Below, in pieces: positions 45,985 to 56,911 of a stretch of DNA of 64,000 nt. Source of the DNA: an uncultured candidate division WWE3 bacterium (GTDB lineage: Bacteria > Patescibacteriota > WWE3 > UBA101185 > UBA10185); NCBI GenBank assembly GCA_938004185.1, contig CALKWN010000065.1:633943-697942 (forward strand), in the 5' to 3' direction. Both the position numbers and the translations under genes were made by a program. The notes beneath the pieces are model-generated. The model was not told where the DNA came from and searched no databases. It saw nothing but the letters and a program-made list of their open reading frames with translations. Positions within the stretch are counted from its first letter, which is position 1, and the number at the start of each line of letters is the position of its first letter.

Positions 45985-46370
45985 TGGTGGAGATGGGGGG
46001 AATCGAACCCCCGTCTTGAGAACTTTTCATACAGCGTCTACAAGCATATTCAAACTTTTCTTAAGTAAGGCGGGTGTTTGAAATACCCTTAAACCTTACT
46101 GCAGGCGAAGTTGTTCGGATTTTTCATCCCCGGCGTATTCGCATCGCCAATACAAACATGCCTCATCCCGGATTTATTAGACCCCGAAAACCCTCCCGGG
46201 CAAAGATATCGGAATCCGCAGCGTTAATAAATTAAGCTGCTACGGCGGCCATTGCTGGTACGCCTACAAATGCGTCTTTATCGGCATTTATTGTTTTGCT
46301 AAATTTGAGGGTTCAGCTCCCCTGCCTGCAACTGCATAAATTAGGACTCAATCAAATCCTGGGCATCCCC
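45985..46370 (-). ncRNA. ssrA: tmRNA (ssrA)
   Basis: Minus strand. 5' end GGGGATGCCCAGGATTTGATTGAG. tRNA-like 3' end GGGGG-TTCGATT-CCCCC-CATCTCC-A-CCA with a G3:U70 Ala identity pair. Internal tag-like reading frame ending ...GCC GCC GTA GCA GCT TAA (inferred tag ~ADKDAFVGVPAMAAVAA). smpB lies immediately downstream. Confidence 0.75.
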
Positions 46371-46441
46371 TTTTTAAAGTACGGGGCTATTTTACCATAT
46401 AAAAAGCGTATTTAAAACTGTGGTTAAAGGAAAAACGGACG

Positions 46442-46915
46442 CTATCGGGACATAATTTCTTTTGATTCACGCTCGAGATCGCGCTGGATTTGTCTGTCTT
46501 TTGCCACAACTTTCTTTTCCCATTCTTTCTTACCTTTTGCAACGGCAAATTCCAGTTTAATGTTTCCGTTTTTTAGCACCAGCGCCAATGGGACGGCAGT
46601 TTTTCCCTTCTCGGAAATGGCCCTTGAGACTTCAGCTATCTCATTTTTGTTCAGTAAAAGCGCTCTACTCCTCTTTTCGTCAGCTTCGGAAATGTCGCGT
46701 GACTGCTTGGAATACCTACCGATATATAAATTTTCGACAAAAAGCCGGCCGTCCTGTCCATTTATATAAGATCCTTCAAAACTCACTTTTCCTTCTCTTA
46801 TGGCTTTAACTTCGTAACCTCTCAAGACCAATCCCGCAGTGTAGGTTTCGAGAACCGAAAAGTTGTGCAGAGCCTTCTTATTTTTTGCTATTACATATAA
46901 TCCCATCAAACTCAT
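46442..46915 (-). CDS. smpB: SsrA-binding protein SmpB
   Basis: 'IAKNKKALHNFSVLETYTAGLVLRGYEVKAIREGKVSFEGSYI' is the canonical SmpB core. 157 aa. Confidence 0.9.
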   Translation of the reverse strand: MSLMGLYVIAKNKKALHNFSVLETYTAGLVLRGYEVKAIREGKVSFEGSYINGQDGRLFVENLYIGRYSKQSRDISEADEKRSRALLLNKNEIAEVSRAISEKGKTAVPLALVLKNGNIKLEFAVAKGKKEWEKKVVAKDRQIQRDLERESKEIMSR

Positions 46916-46950
46916 TTTATCAGGTTAATGATATAATTTAAGCGAAAGTT

Positions 46951-49900
46951 ATGAGACAAAATCGATTAGTAAAATGCGCTGTTTTTTCATTTTTTATGGT
47001 TGTTGCCGGTGCGTTTTTTGTGCCGGGCAGAGTTTTTGCTGAAGAGTATGTAGACCCCATGTCAATATTTGAACCCGGTACTACCTGTTTAAAACCCGAA
47101 GATCCGAGACTTGCAGTAATCTGCGGCGTTGTTAGAAGTGCGACACCAAGAGACGCGGATGTGTATGAAGGTACTGCAACTAATCCTAATCCCCCGCTTA
47201 AAGGGGTTTCGGTATATATCTACGAATGCTACCCGGATTCCCCGACTTGTAAAAAGAACGGGGCCCTTGCGAATTCTTTTTCATCAACATTTACGGACGA
47301 AAACGGCTATTACACAATAACGATGCGTAAGGTGGGAAACAATCTTGTTAGATATTTGGCTTTTGTATGCGGGGGTAAGCTTGGCGGGTTGTTTAAAGTA
47401 CCTTCGTATGCCAGTTTTAATTTGAACGTTCCGGTTAATTGCCCCGATGTTTCTAATTATTCTGCGCCGGCGGCTTCGTGGGATCCGGTGAATTACTCTA
47501 CCCTAAGCTGTGATATTACAAGAACTGACCCCGACAATTTGGATCTTGAACCTTCTTATGAGGGGAAATTCGGAACGGAGTATCAACCGGTAAACGAATA
47601 TAATTTTTGGCTGGAGATTGACGGGGCGGATGGGAGGTATAAGAAGTACTTAGATTGGTTAGGTCTGTACGATCTACTCAATAAACCAACAACTGTTCCG
47701 ACAAAAGGCGCCTTCTACCACGAAGATTGCTTTAGAGTTTATAACGGAAATCTGGACTACGAAAATTTGTGTTATTTCCCAAAAGAAGAAAATTTGGACG
47801 GCTATGAAAAAAGGTTATACAACGACCCCGCTCTCACAACAGCAAACTTTCTCCCCAATATCCCAATAAAAAATTCGCTACTTTTTTTCAAAGATCTGAC
47901 TGCTAGACAAGATGTAGTAAACTACGCCCAGAACCCAACAGCTACCGCCCAATTACTACACACAATATTTAGTAACTGTAAGGGAAATGTGTATTTAAGA
48001 AATAGCGGAGGCAGTATAAAAGATGTACTCCCCGAATGCGATGATCTAAAAGCATGTAATTCCGGTATTTCAGAGACCTCTCTTAACTACAGAAACAGGC
48101 AATACAGCGCCGGGCCCGCGAAGAACCTGGCAAATCCGGCTATCCTACAAGATGAAACAGCATACACACTGGACGATAGTATAAAAAATACTTACGTATG
48201 CCAAAGAATGGGCACTCAATATAAAATTGGGGACATACAACCACCCTGGAGTTACTGCAAAGTCGGTGAATCCAACTGCCCTTATAAACTAGACAAATTA
48301 TACTGGAACCCGGAATTTGCTTACTTCTTCGGTGAAAAAGGAACTTCAACTAAGGTCGGGTATGGTTTTGAGGGAAGCAATGATAGTTTTTGGCCACCTG
48401 CCTCCGGAACTAACGAAGTTGTATGGAAACAAAACGAAGAGCGTGCTGGGGTCCCTATAAAAGGCGGCACCTATTACTCTGACAACAATTATGGGTATTC
48501 ACGAAACAATGGACTTACTCCGATGATGGCTGGGATAGCAACAACAGAATTGAGCGGATCGGCCTATAACTTAACTTATGTTTTGCAAAGGCCTTTCGAG
48601 ACTAACGAGGATAAATTGATATACGAACAGGGTATTGTAAAGATTGAGGATGCCGGTTCAAACCTAGCGTCCTTTTGCGAAAATTCAAATGTTAACGACC
48701 ACTATAATGTGTTTCCACCCAACGTTGCTGATGCAGCTTATGTAAATACTGATTTTAAAGGTAATGCTGATCATTATTTTGAGTTTGCAGATTCTACAAA
48801 AAATAAGGGGGAACTTACCCCCACTTCAACCATATTCTATACAACAGCGTCAAAAAACCGCGAGATAGCATTAAAATCACTGGATATCGGCATTTTAGAT
48901 AGAGTTGGAAGAGATGTTTTTGACAGCTATCTAACAGCCACATACGGTGGCGGAAAATATGGTGTTTGGGACTTAATTGCAGACCTCATATTCGATCTTT
49001 TTTCTCTAGGAGGCCACGAACACAAATCTTATTTCGACAGAGATGAAGACCATTATAATCTGTCTGTCGCATCGGCTACTTTAAGAGACGATTTAAAATC
49101 TACCTTCTCACTAAGCGAAGAAAACTTTGAACAATTCTTCTTTCTCCCCGACATATCTGACGGAACATTGTTTTACGATGAATGGGGAAAGTGGTTCGAC
49201 GACTGTTATCAAAGAAATGAGGTAGACGTCGGAAAAAAATGCTACAACGATTTCGGCGTCACTAACGTACCAACCGCAATAACAAGAACCTGCCGCGTAG
49301 AACTATGTGAACTTGTAACCCTGAGCAAAAGCATCACATGCGAAGTCGTGAACGGTGTTGTTGTAAGAAATGATGGCGGTGAAAAAATGTCCACTGAACC
49401 GTGTGCTACAACAGGCATAACAGCCGACGCATCGCTTCTTAAAAACGCCATGTACTACTGCGCCACCGAAAAAAAGGATTGTTACGACGGATCTTGGGAT
49501 AAAGATTGCCTGGATTTACGTCTTGATGATGTATTAGAGTGTCCCGATATATCAGAAGATGTTTATTTTCCTGGAGATTACGTAACAGAACCTATTTATA
49601 TGGGCGGTATGTGGCTAACGGTAAATAAAGGCATTTGTTCCGTAAAAACGGGCTCTCCTGTATATTGGTATGATTTCCCTATAGATGCCTACGATAAATC
49701 TTGTGAGGTAACCGTAAGCGCCTCCAAAACAAAACCCGGCTGCAATATGCAGGACGCGGGACCTTATCTCTGCGCCGGAAGCACGCACAAAGACGCCAAC
49801 TTCAAAGCCACTCAAGAAACATTCAGAATAAACACTACCGACGTTCCGCTCGATAGCACAAAAACGGTAAACAACGAGATATGGAAAAAAATGGCTCACC

Positions 49901-50820
49901 CATTCAGCAGTAAAACCTATGACTCCCTGGCATTTCAATCCGCAAACACTTCGGTAAGTTTAGATACAAATACTAATGTAGCAAGAAATAAAAATAAGGA
50001 CACCGTCGCTTTCGGCGGCGCCTCCCCCGAATATAAAATGATATCAGCCCACCCCCTATACACCAACTACTACGACGGAGGGGAGGAGATTTTCTATCAC
50101 TGCATAAACAGCGATGGTTTAAGTAATTACTCAGGAGACTGGAACTGCCCGTTACTGGAAGTGCCCGATCCCGAAATAATAGATTTATTCGACGATAGCG
50201 TAACAAATAATCTAAAGTCGGCCTGTCAGTTAAATACTTCTGCCAGCTGCATTAGCAGTTACGATACTTCAGGTGTAATGGGGGCATTCAACCCGACATT
50301 TATAAGAGTGCTGGACATGGCAGCCAGTGAGTACGATGTGCCTGCGGCATTAATACTCGCCTATCTTGCTGTAATACATAAACCGGAAATGGCTTTGTAT
50401 CAAAATCTGTTTTCTCTTTCCGGAGATCAGGCGTTATTTGATGCAAGTGCTCCGTGGTATGGAAGGGTGCCCAGATGTGATGACACAAATATCGCTGCTA
50501 TCGGACCGTATGACTGGATTGCGCAGTGGTTCCCCAAAGAAGAGATAGGTCCGGCTTTGGACGAACTTTCTGACGGTAGAAGTGAAACCGCTTCGAGATG
50601 TAATTTCTTGGATGCTACCTATGCTGCCGCGTATTCATTAAGATCTGTGGGCACTACATGTGAGAGTTATACGTGGGACATTGCGAAAATTTCACTACTC
50701 AACCTAACACTAGGATTCTACAGAACCGAAGATTACAACCCTGACAGCAACCCGGATACCACAACAACAGGAGACTACGTTGTACAAAGAGGGTCTGTGG
50801 TTTGGAATAGCTGTAGATAA
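46951..50820 (+). CDS. Giant secreted Cys-rich protein (1289 aa), unknown function
   Basis: Signal peptide 'MRQNRLVKCAVFSFFMVVAGAFFVPGRVFA'. More than 40 Cys. No catalytic motif seen. Confidence 0.5.
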   Translation: MRQNRLVKCAVFSFFMVVAGAFFVPGRVFAEEYVDPMSIFEPGTTCLKPEDPRLAVICGVVRSATPRDADVYEGTATNPNPPLKGVSVYIYECYPDSPTCKKNGALANSFSSTFTDENGYYTITMRKVGNNLVRYLAFVCGGKLGGLFKVPSYASFNLNVPVNCPDVSNYSAPAASWDPVNYSTLSCDITRTDPDNLDLEPSYEGKFGTEYQPVNEYNFWLEIDGADGRYKKYLDWLGLYDLLNKPTTVPTKGAFYHEDCFRVYNGNLDYENLCYFPKEENLDGYEKRLYNDPALTTANFLPNIPIKNSLLFFKDLTARQDVVNYAQNPTATAQLLHTIFSNCKGNVYLRNSGGSIKDVLPECDDLKACNSGISETSLNYRNRQYSAGPAKNLANPAILQDETAYTLDDSIKNTYVCQRMGTQYKIGDIQPPWSYCKVGESNCPYKLDKLYWNPEFAYFFGEKGTSTKVGYGFEGSNDSFWPPASGTNEVVWKQNEERAGVPIKGGTYYSDNNYGYSRNNGLTPMMAGIATTELSGSAYNLTYVLQRPFETNEDKLIYEQGIVKIEDAGSNLASFCENSNVNDHYNVFPPNVADAAYVNTDFKGNADHYFEFADSTKNKGELTPTSTIFYTTASKNREIALKSLDIGILDRVGRDVFDSYLTATYGGGKYGVWDLIADLIFDLFSLGGHEHKSYFDRDEDHYNLSVASATLRDDLKSTFSLSEENFEQFFFLPDISDGTLFYDEWGKWFDDCYQRNEVDVGKKCYNDFGVTNVPTAITRTCRVELCELVTLSKSITCEVVNGVVVRNDGGEKMSTEPCATTGITADASLLKNAMYYCATEKKDCYDGSWDKDCLDLRLDDVLECPDISEDVYFPGDYVTEPIYMGGMWLTVNKGICSVKTGSPVYWYDFPIDAYDKSCEVTVSASKTKPGCNMQDAGPYLCAGSTHKDANFKATQETFRINTTDVPLDSTKTVNNEIWKKMAHPFSSKTYDSLAFQSANTSVSLDTNTNVARNKNKDTVAFGGASPEYKMISAHPLYTNYYDGGEEIFYHCINSDGLSNYSGDWNCPLLEVPDPEIIDLFDDSVTNNLKSACQLNTSASCISSYDTSGVMGAFNPTFIRVLDMAASEYDVPAALILAYLAVIHKPEMALYQNLFSLSGDQALFDASAPWYGRVPRCDDTNIAAIGPYDWIAQWFPKEEIGPALDELSDGRSETASRCNFLDATYAAAYSLRSVGTTCESYTWDIAKISLLNLTLGFYRTEDYNPDSNPDTTTTGDYVVQRGSVVWNSCR

Positions 50821-50896
50821 CACGGGGTCAAACACAAACTTCCAAGGATACAAACAGTGTGGAAATGTATCGGCAAATTATATCAATGCGGTAATC

Positions 50897-52234
50897 CTAT
50901 CTCTTCTTCTGACCGCCGCCCATAAACTCATCGATTCTTTTTTCCATACCGATACCCAAGCCAAAGCAGTAAAGAACGATAAATACCGGAAGTGCTGAGC
51001 CGAATAACGCCCCTGCGCCGCCTGTTTCAGTAGCATATGCTGTAGCAACCGAGTAAGCGATAATTGTTCCCAGAGGCAATATTATTCCCATCGCAAATAA
51101 TGTAAGGACATATTTACCCATTCTCAAAAACCAGGCTTTAAGTTTATCGTCATTACCCGGAACTGCTCCGAGAGCAAATTCTAAAGGAGCGGTTAAGATC
51201 GAGAATATTATCTTCATGTAAATTACAATTGCTTTGAAGTTAAATATTATTCCTGCGATAAGGAAAATTATGATTATTACCAATATAGCGAGAAGGAAAA
51301 TAGGACCCGTTCCGGCTAACACCAAAAACGGGATCATTAGCGTCCATATCCTTAAAGCAGTGCTAACACTTGTCGGATCAGCACTAGAACCATCTACAGT
51401 ATTAAATACATCTGTAAATAGTGTTCCCGCTAAAGCCCAATTACTCTTAAACAACGTCCAGCCTAAACTTCCTAAAGTCGCTCCGATCGGATAGCTAAAT
51501 GTTATTAATACAATAGCGATGACTATTCTGGGCAAAGCATATTGAACGCTTACAACCAATTGCGAATTTATCTTTCTTCTCAAAATAATAATTATTCCGG
51601 TATAAAGCATTATTATTGCCATTAAAGCGTAGGCAAGATTTCTGAAAACTTTCCATGTGTCTAAAATTGCATTAATAAGGGAATGGCCGTAATCAACGGG
51701 AGCAGCAAAAGTTTTATTTACAACCGGTATTCTTGACATTGTGTCGTTGAAGTAAACAGCTAAGTTTGCCGGTAAAGGCTCACGGGTTGTAAACTCACCT
51801 GTTAAATAAGCCGCTCCAAGTAAAGTACCTGAAGCGCGACTTTGAGAATGTCGAACTAACCAGTTATTACTACTTGCGACAGTAGCATTATCGCCAATAA
51901 TTTGAGCGCACACATCGTCAGATGTTCCGGAACAGCTGTAAAAATTGTCTGTAGCATCATTCGATGGCAAATTGACCTTGCTGGAAATATAAGTTCCGCA
52001 GTTCACGGTCTCGGTAAGACCGTAACCTGTGGTGGTACTATATGCCGAAGTCGCAACAGATGTAACAAAATCTTTAGTAGTTAAAGGTATTCCCAAAACA
52101 TCGCTTAAAAGGTTTTTATCAAACATCCTCTTCTCTACCTCACACATATCGGCAGCAAAAGATTTTGAAGGAATTAAAAATAAAACAAGAGCAAAAACCG
52201 ATAGAGAAAATATAGTTTTGATTGTCTTTTTCAT
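50897..52234 (-). CDS. VirB6/TrbL-like polytopic membrane protein with N-terminal extracellular domain
   Basis: Signal peptide, ~200-aa Cys-containing ectodomain, then 6-7 TM helices. The arrangement and the neighbouring pilin genes suggest a T4SS-type channel protein. Confidence 0.45.
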   Translation of the reverse strand: MKKTIKTIFSLSVFALVLFLIPSKSFAADMCEVEKRMFDKNLLSDVLGIPLTTKDFVTSVATSAYSTTTGYGLTETVNCGTYISSKVNLPSNDATDNFYSCSGTSDDVCAQIIGDNATVASSNNWLVRHSQSRASGTLLGAAYLTGEFTTREPLPANLAVYFNDTMSRIPVVNKTFAAPVDYGHSLINAILDTWKVFRNLAYALMAIIMLYTGIIIILRRKINSQLVVSVQYALPRIVIAIVLITFSYPIGATLGSLGWTLFKSNWALAGTLFTDVFNTVDGSSADPTSVSTALRIWTLMIPFLVLAGTGPIFLLAILVIIIIFLIAGIIFNFKAIVIYMKIIFSILTAPLEFALGAVPGNDDKLKAWFLRMGKYVLTLFAMGIILPLGTIIAYSVATAYATETGGAGALFGSALPVFIVLYCFGLGIGMEKRIDEFMGGGQKKR

Positions 52235-52291
52235 GTAAGCCTTTAAATAAATGATTTCCTTTTTGGCACCTAAATTATAGAATACTATTAT

Positions 52292-55200
52292 ATGGTAGAC
52301 AATCCCCTATTTCCAGGGTACAAGCCAAGACGAGAAGGTGATTCAACAAACCCGCTTTATCCGGGATATTCGGAAGGTCAGAGACCTTACAGACCGCCGA
52401 GAGGAACTCCCCTAGGAAGTTTTGAATATAATGCCGATTATTGGCTAAAACAAATAGACCAAATGTCTTTTGATTTCGGAAACATTCCTAAATGGTTTTG
52501 GGAAAGATATGAAAATGACTTTAGAGATAATCTTAAAGCTGTATATAGCCCCGAAGCCGTTCCTATTGAACAGCTAGATGACTACGATCAGGATGTTTTT
52601 CCGGGTGTATCTAACGTAAGTCTTACTCTAGACCCCATCGAATGGAAAGACCCCAAAAAAGTGTTAGAATCCACCGCCAAAAGCTGGATAAGGGCGGGCA
52701 CCGGTCTGCGCTTTAAAAAAGAGGGCTGGGGATTGGAAGCTTGGCCGGTCGACCTTACAGACTATGACACTAATGTTAGAACTTCGATGTGGAAGGTTGC
52801 TTTCGGACTGCAAGATCCGGCGTCTGATCTGGGAAATGCCGGAGCCGAGGCTGTTGTATCAGCAACCAGAGCCAGAGCAGGAGAAGACACCGGAGGAGAT
52901 AGAATTTTTAGATTCACTGAAGCCGATTATATCGTGGGTCCTTTAAAAGGCTACGAATCTATGGCAAAAAAAGCCGTGGAAGCTCAGAGATATATAAAGG
53001 GTGGGCCTAAACGAGACACAAAACATGATGATTTCGCCGGAGCGATGGTCTCCTCAATAAACGAAGAGTTGAACGGAAAGTACGAATTTGTCTTAGACAA
53101 GGTCTCCGGATACAAGCCTGTATACAAAAAGGATCCTACAACCAACAAAATAACAACGGAAATTGAAACAGACGATAAAGGCTACGAAAAGTATCGAAAT
53201 CCACAGACCGAAAAAGAAGCGTACAAAAAAGCAGTTCTTGTTGATGACGGTAAGGGCCAAGGTGGGAAAGTTGAAAAAGAAATATTTGTAGAATACAGAA
53301 CAAGAACGGGTGTTTTTGAGGAACTTTTTGAAAACAAAGATCAAGCAGAAGCTTACAGAAACGCCGCATTAATATTCAAAGAAAAGGAGGATCTGGCCTC
53401 GGATATGGCCCATCCTACTATATCGGGAGCTATATCGGGCCCGTTTGGTATTACATCTGCATTAATGCAGAGAAAGCTGGGGAACAAAAACAAAGAAGCT
53501 ACGATGGAAGGTATAGACGTACCCGGGGGCACTAAAACACGCCTGGAAACAAGAATCGATCTACTAAAAGGAAATATAAACGACAGAGTAAAACCGGGTG
53601 GAAAAATTGACAAGATCGTTAAAAACATAAGAGATATAGATCCTGTTTCTGCGGATGCTGTGCAAAAATATGCAGATCAATATAAAAGCTACCTAACTAA
53701 AGTTAAAGAAGCCTTAGATGCCTATGATGGAAACGACACCGCTCTCCTAAACAAACTAAGCAACATCACTGTAAAAGGAAAGTCTCTCACCGGAGGAACT
53801 CTAGGTAACCCCAGCATCCACCGAGAATTCCTAAGGCAAATCGAAAGCGACATACTAATACCCGGAAAAATCACCAGAGTAGATAAAAAATTCCAGATAG
53901 GAACTTACCTAAAAGATCTTGAACAACGGGCGATGTCCGGAACCAACAAAGCCGGTGAAAAAATTGAACAAATATTCGAGAGAGAAAACCAAGAATACAA
54001 AGGCTTTTTTGCAAATCAGGCCCGAATCGTAGGAGCAAGATTAGAAGTAGATAGAGGCTCTTACGCCATCGAGGAATTCTATGATGCTGTAACACAGGGT
54101 AAGTTCTTAGAAAGATACGTATGGAATAGACTTTCGAAAAAAATGATCGGTTACACTCCCGGAGAACTGGTAAAAAAGGGTCTGGGTAGTGTGGGATACT
54201 TCGGTCTAAACATTGATGACGACGCTATTTCAGACAAACTGAAAAATAATGGTCTGTTCAACAGCATCTTCCGACATAAATTTCAGGTACAAATAGATAA
54301 TAGCGAGGGCGTCTTTGATAAATTTAAAGGTGTCAGTGTAATAAAAACCAAGTTCCTAGGAAGCAAGGATCTGGCAGCTGTAGGAACACTCGGCGGAATC
54401 TTAAGCAATGTAAAACATCTTGAAAACGACGATCTCCTTAAACTAATAACGGGCGATGCAAGACTTGTTGATAGCAAAGGTATAAACAAAGATATTGCGT
54501 GGGTCTTGGGTGCTAGTAAAGGAAAAATCGGAGATAACCAAATAGAAAATTTTTGGGACAAAGTACCCGGATTTTGGAAAAAAGACGAACACCATCTAAG
54601 AAATGTCCAAGAACAAATAGATAACTTTAGAAACTGGCTTATCCTAAACGGCAAAGAGCTCGGAATAACAATAACGGATTTTAAAAACATGAGTGACCCG
54701 GACAGAAAAAAGGTACTCGCACTATTCAACGCACTAAACAAAGAAAACCAATTCTACGGATCACTAAAAATCACAAAAGAATTCTCCGGCGCACTTCAAC
54801 GCATAGGAGTCGGTCTAAATAAACTTCAAGACAAAATTTTCGGCTTCGCCCTATTCCAAAAAACTATAAAGCCTCTTCTGCAAATGAAAAATATTGTTGC
54901 AGAAAAAATATCCGAACTTGTCTCAAAATTTTTAACAGAAATTGCAAAAAAAGGAATTCACGGTTTAACGGGAGGGGCTTCGGTTGTCCTTGACTATTTA
55001 CTAGAAAAAGTTTTGAAACCGGCAATCAGATTTGTAGTAAGAAAAGTCGTAGAATTCGGCCAAAACTTTGTAGGTGCTATCGCGCAGGGAAACATAAGTA
55101 AAGCCATGGAGCAGGCTGACAAAGAGCTGGTGGCGGTCACAAAATTTGCGATGTACGTGATTGGTGTTCCGTTAATAGTTATTTACATTCTTGTTTACGG

Positions 55201-56257
55201 GTTGTTCGGCACTGTTTTGAGTTCTATTTCTCCGGTCGATCCTACAAAAGACAATAGCGGCTATGGGGGCTACCCTGCATACGCGGGATTTCCGCAAGGC
55301 GAAAACAATCTAATAAAAATTGAAAAGGACGTGATAGTAAATGGTGTTACAAATCCGACGGAAAGCATTCCGAATGACCAACTGCCTGTTACAGTAACTT
55401 ACGTTCTAAGGATAACCACAAAAGTGGATCTGGCCATGCCTGTAAATTACACGGATATTGTGAGCCGTATATATAGCGACAACGGCAACACAGCGAGTGC
55501 CACAATAAAAACCTGGACAGACAGCAACCCAGACAGCTATGTAGCCGGCCAAACTACTGAAATTACACTCGACCTTGGAACAATAAATTATAAAGACTCA
55601 TTAATAAAAAATGAATTTACAGTTACTACTCCGGCGTACGAATCTTACACGGAAGATACTGTAAGATTTGTTAGATATTTCAGGATAGGACAACCACCTT
55701 CTAACATTGATTGTTTCGAAATTACCGGACCGAGTCTAACTACTGCCCTCGAAAATGTAACTTTGGATGCTTTGCTCGAGATTGAGCCTAAAACAGGAAT
55801 GTTTCTTAGTAAGTTATGCTCCGGACATACGTGGGAAATTGAATACAACAACAGCATAGACTACTGCGGTTGGGCAGGTACACCCGGCAAGGTTGTGTTT
55901 GGAAGTGGTTGCTCTGCCGCGTATTATTTAAAAGAGGGTGTAATGCCTTACCTGCTTGCACACGAACTGGCTCATAAATACAGGGGTCTTTACAATACCG
56001 CTGAGGCCATTGATGCCAGCATCGCGGGGTTGGATGGGAGAACTCTTCCGACATACGACTTAAATTGTGGGGCCACAGATAACTCACTTTCGGAGGATTT
56101 CTCTGAGACTGTGGGTAATACTGTCAGAATAAACGTGTTCGGGCACTGTGCTTCTTTGATTGTTAGTATGTACCCCGATGCTGCAACTAGATACGAAGAC
56201 TTCTGGACCGATTTTTCCGAGCATCGTAATTATGTACAGGAGGTTACATTTAACTAA
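52292..56257 (+). CDS. Giant protein (1321 aa) with TM helices near residue ~950 and C-terminal HExxH-containing domain
   Basis: N-terminal short repeats 'NPLFPGYKPRREG / NPLYPGYSEGQRP'. TM pair 'KFAMYVIGVPLIVIYILVYGLFGTV'. C-terminal 'LLAHELAHKYRG' is a candidate zincin motif. Confidence 0.45.
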   Translation: MVDNPLFPGYKPRREGDSTNPLYPGYSEGQRPYRPPRGTPLGSFEYNADYWLKQIDQMSFDFGNIPKWFWERYENDFRDNLKAVYSPEAVPIEQLDDYDQDVFPGVSNVSLTLDPIEWKDPKKVLESTAKSWIRAGTGLRFKKEGWGLEAWPVDLTDYDTNVRTSMWKVAFGLQDPASDLGNAGAEAVVSATRARAGEDTGGDRIFRFTEADYIVGPLKGYESMAKKAVEAQRYIKGGPKRDTKHDDFAGAMVSSINEELNGKYEFVLDKVSGYKPVYKKDPTTNKITTEIETDDKGYEKYRNPQTEKEAYKKAVLVDDGKGQGGKVEKEIFVEYRTRTGVFEELFENKDQAEAYRNAALIFKEKEDLASDMAHPTISGAISGPFGITSALMQRKLGNKNKEATMEGIDVPGGTKTRLETRIDLLKGNINDRVKPGGKIDKIVKNIRDIDPVSADAVQKYADQYKSYLTKVKEALDAYDGNDTALLNKLSNITVKGKSLTGGTLGNPSIHREFLRQIESDILIPGKITRVDKKFQIGTYLKDLEQRAMSGTNKAGEKIEQIFERENQEYKGFFANQARIVGARLEVDRGSYAIEEFYDAVTQGKFLERYVWNRLSKKMIGYTPGELVKKGLGSVGYFGLNIDDDAISDKLKNNGLFNSIFRHKFQVQIDNSEGVFDKFKGVSVIKTKFLGSKDLAAVGTLGGILSNVKHLENDDLLKLITGDARLVDSKGINKDIAWVLGASKGKIGDNQIENFWDKVPGFWKKDEHHLRNVQEQIDNFRNWLILNGKELGITITDFKNMSDPDRKKVLALFNALNKENQFYGSLKITKEFSGALQRIGVGLNKLQDKIFGFALFQKTIKPLLQMKNIVAEKISELVSKFLTEIAKKGIHGLTGGASVVLDYLLEKVLKPAIRFVVRKVVEFGQNFVGAIAQGNISKAMEQADKELVAVTKFAMYVIGVPLIVIYILVYGLFGTVLSSISPVDPTKDNSGYGGYPAYAGFPQGENNLIKIEKDVIVNGVTNPTESIPNDQLPVTVTYVLRITTKVDLAMPVNYTDIVSRIYSDNGNTASATIKTWTDSNPDSYVAGQTTEITLDLGTINYKDSLIKNEFTVTTPAYESYTEDTVRFVRYFRIGQPPSNIDCFEITGPSLTTALENVTLDALLEIEPKTGMFLSKLCSGHTWEIEYNNSIDYCGWAGTPGKVVFGSGCSAAYYLKEGVMPYLLAHELAHKYRGLYNTAEAIDASIAGLDGRTLPTYDLNCGATDNSLSEDFSETVGNTVRINVFGHCASLIVSMYPDAATRYEDFWTDFSEHRNYVQEVTFN

Positions 56258-56267
56258 AATCTAAACT

Positions 56268-56879
56268 ATGAAAATTGCAAACTTAAACAACATAAAAAAA
56301 TACTGGCCGTTGTTGGTAGCCATTATGATTTTTCTATTTATTTACCAAGCTGCTGTTAATAGACAAAAAGGCTCTCCTACAGAAGAAACTGCGCAGTACA
56401 CGTACATATCAAAACACTCTCAGTTAGCAGAGCACTTTTTGAATGAAGCCGTAGACTACAATCTCTCTGACATAGAAAATCAAAACCCTAATTTAAAAGA
56501 AACTGAAAGGACAACAAACCTATCGGGTTATATTTCTACTACCTACAGAGACGAAAAAGAAACCCCCGTAAGAATATTTTCCGATAGAAACGGAAAGGTT
56601 GTTGCTACAATGAGACCGGTCATCTCCGATTTTGAAAGAAACGTCACGCTACTGAAGAATCGCCTGGATCTGAGCGACGAACCCTCTGCCATAATGTACC
56701 CGTCCAAAACAAGCATCGCGGTTGTACACGTTTACCTGAAAGACGGAATAGCAATATTTTTTGAGGAAGAGTTCGGCAACGTAGAGTATATTATTACTTT
56801 CGGTGAAATGAACTTGAACGAGTTTAAAGCGGTTTTTCAACCTGAGTTGCAGGATGAGAGGAATCCTTTGGCGTACTGA
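56268..56879 (+). CDS. Membrane-anchored protein, unknown function
   Basis: 203 aa with N-terminal TM helix. Confidence 0.35.
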   Translation: MKIANLNNIKKYWPLLVAIMIFLFIYQAAVNRQKGSPTEETAQYTYISKHSQLAEHFLNEAVDYNLSDIENQNPNLKETERTTNLSGYISTTYRDEKETPVRIFSDRNGKVVATMRPVISDFERNVTLLKNRLDLSDEPSAIMYPSKTSIAVVHVYLKDGIAIFFEEEFGNVEYIITFGEMNLNEFKAVFQPELQDERNPLAY

Positions 56880-56911
56880 CAGAGTGTTTAAATAGGCGGG
56901 ACTACGCAGTT

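Noticed and set aside
52292-56257. Calling the 1321-aa protein a bona fide zinc metalloprotease
   Set aside because: It has a single HELAH motif without an identifiable third ligand (no clear downstream Glu/His/Asp consensus readable by eye). It is annotated only as carrying a candidate zincin-like motif.
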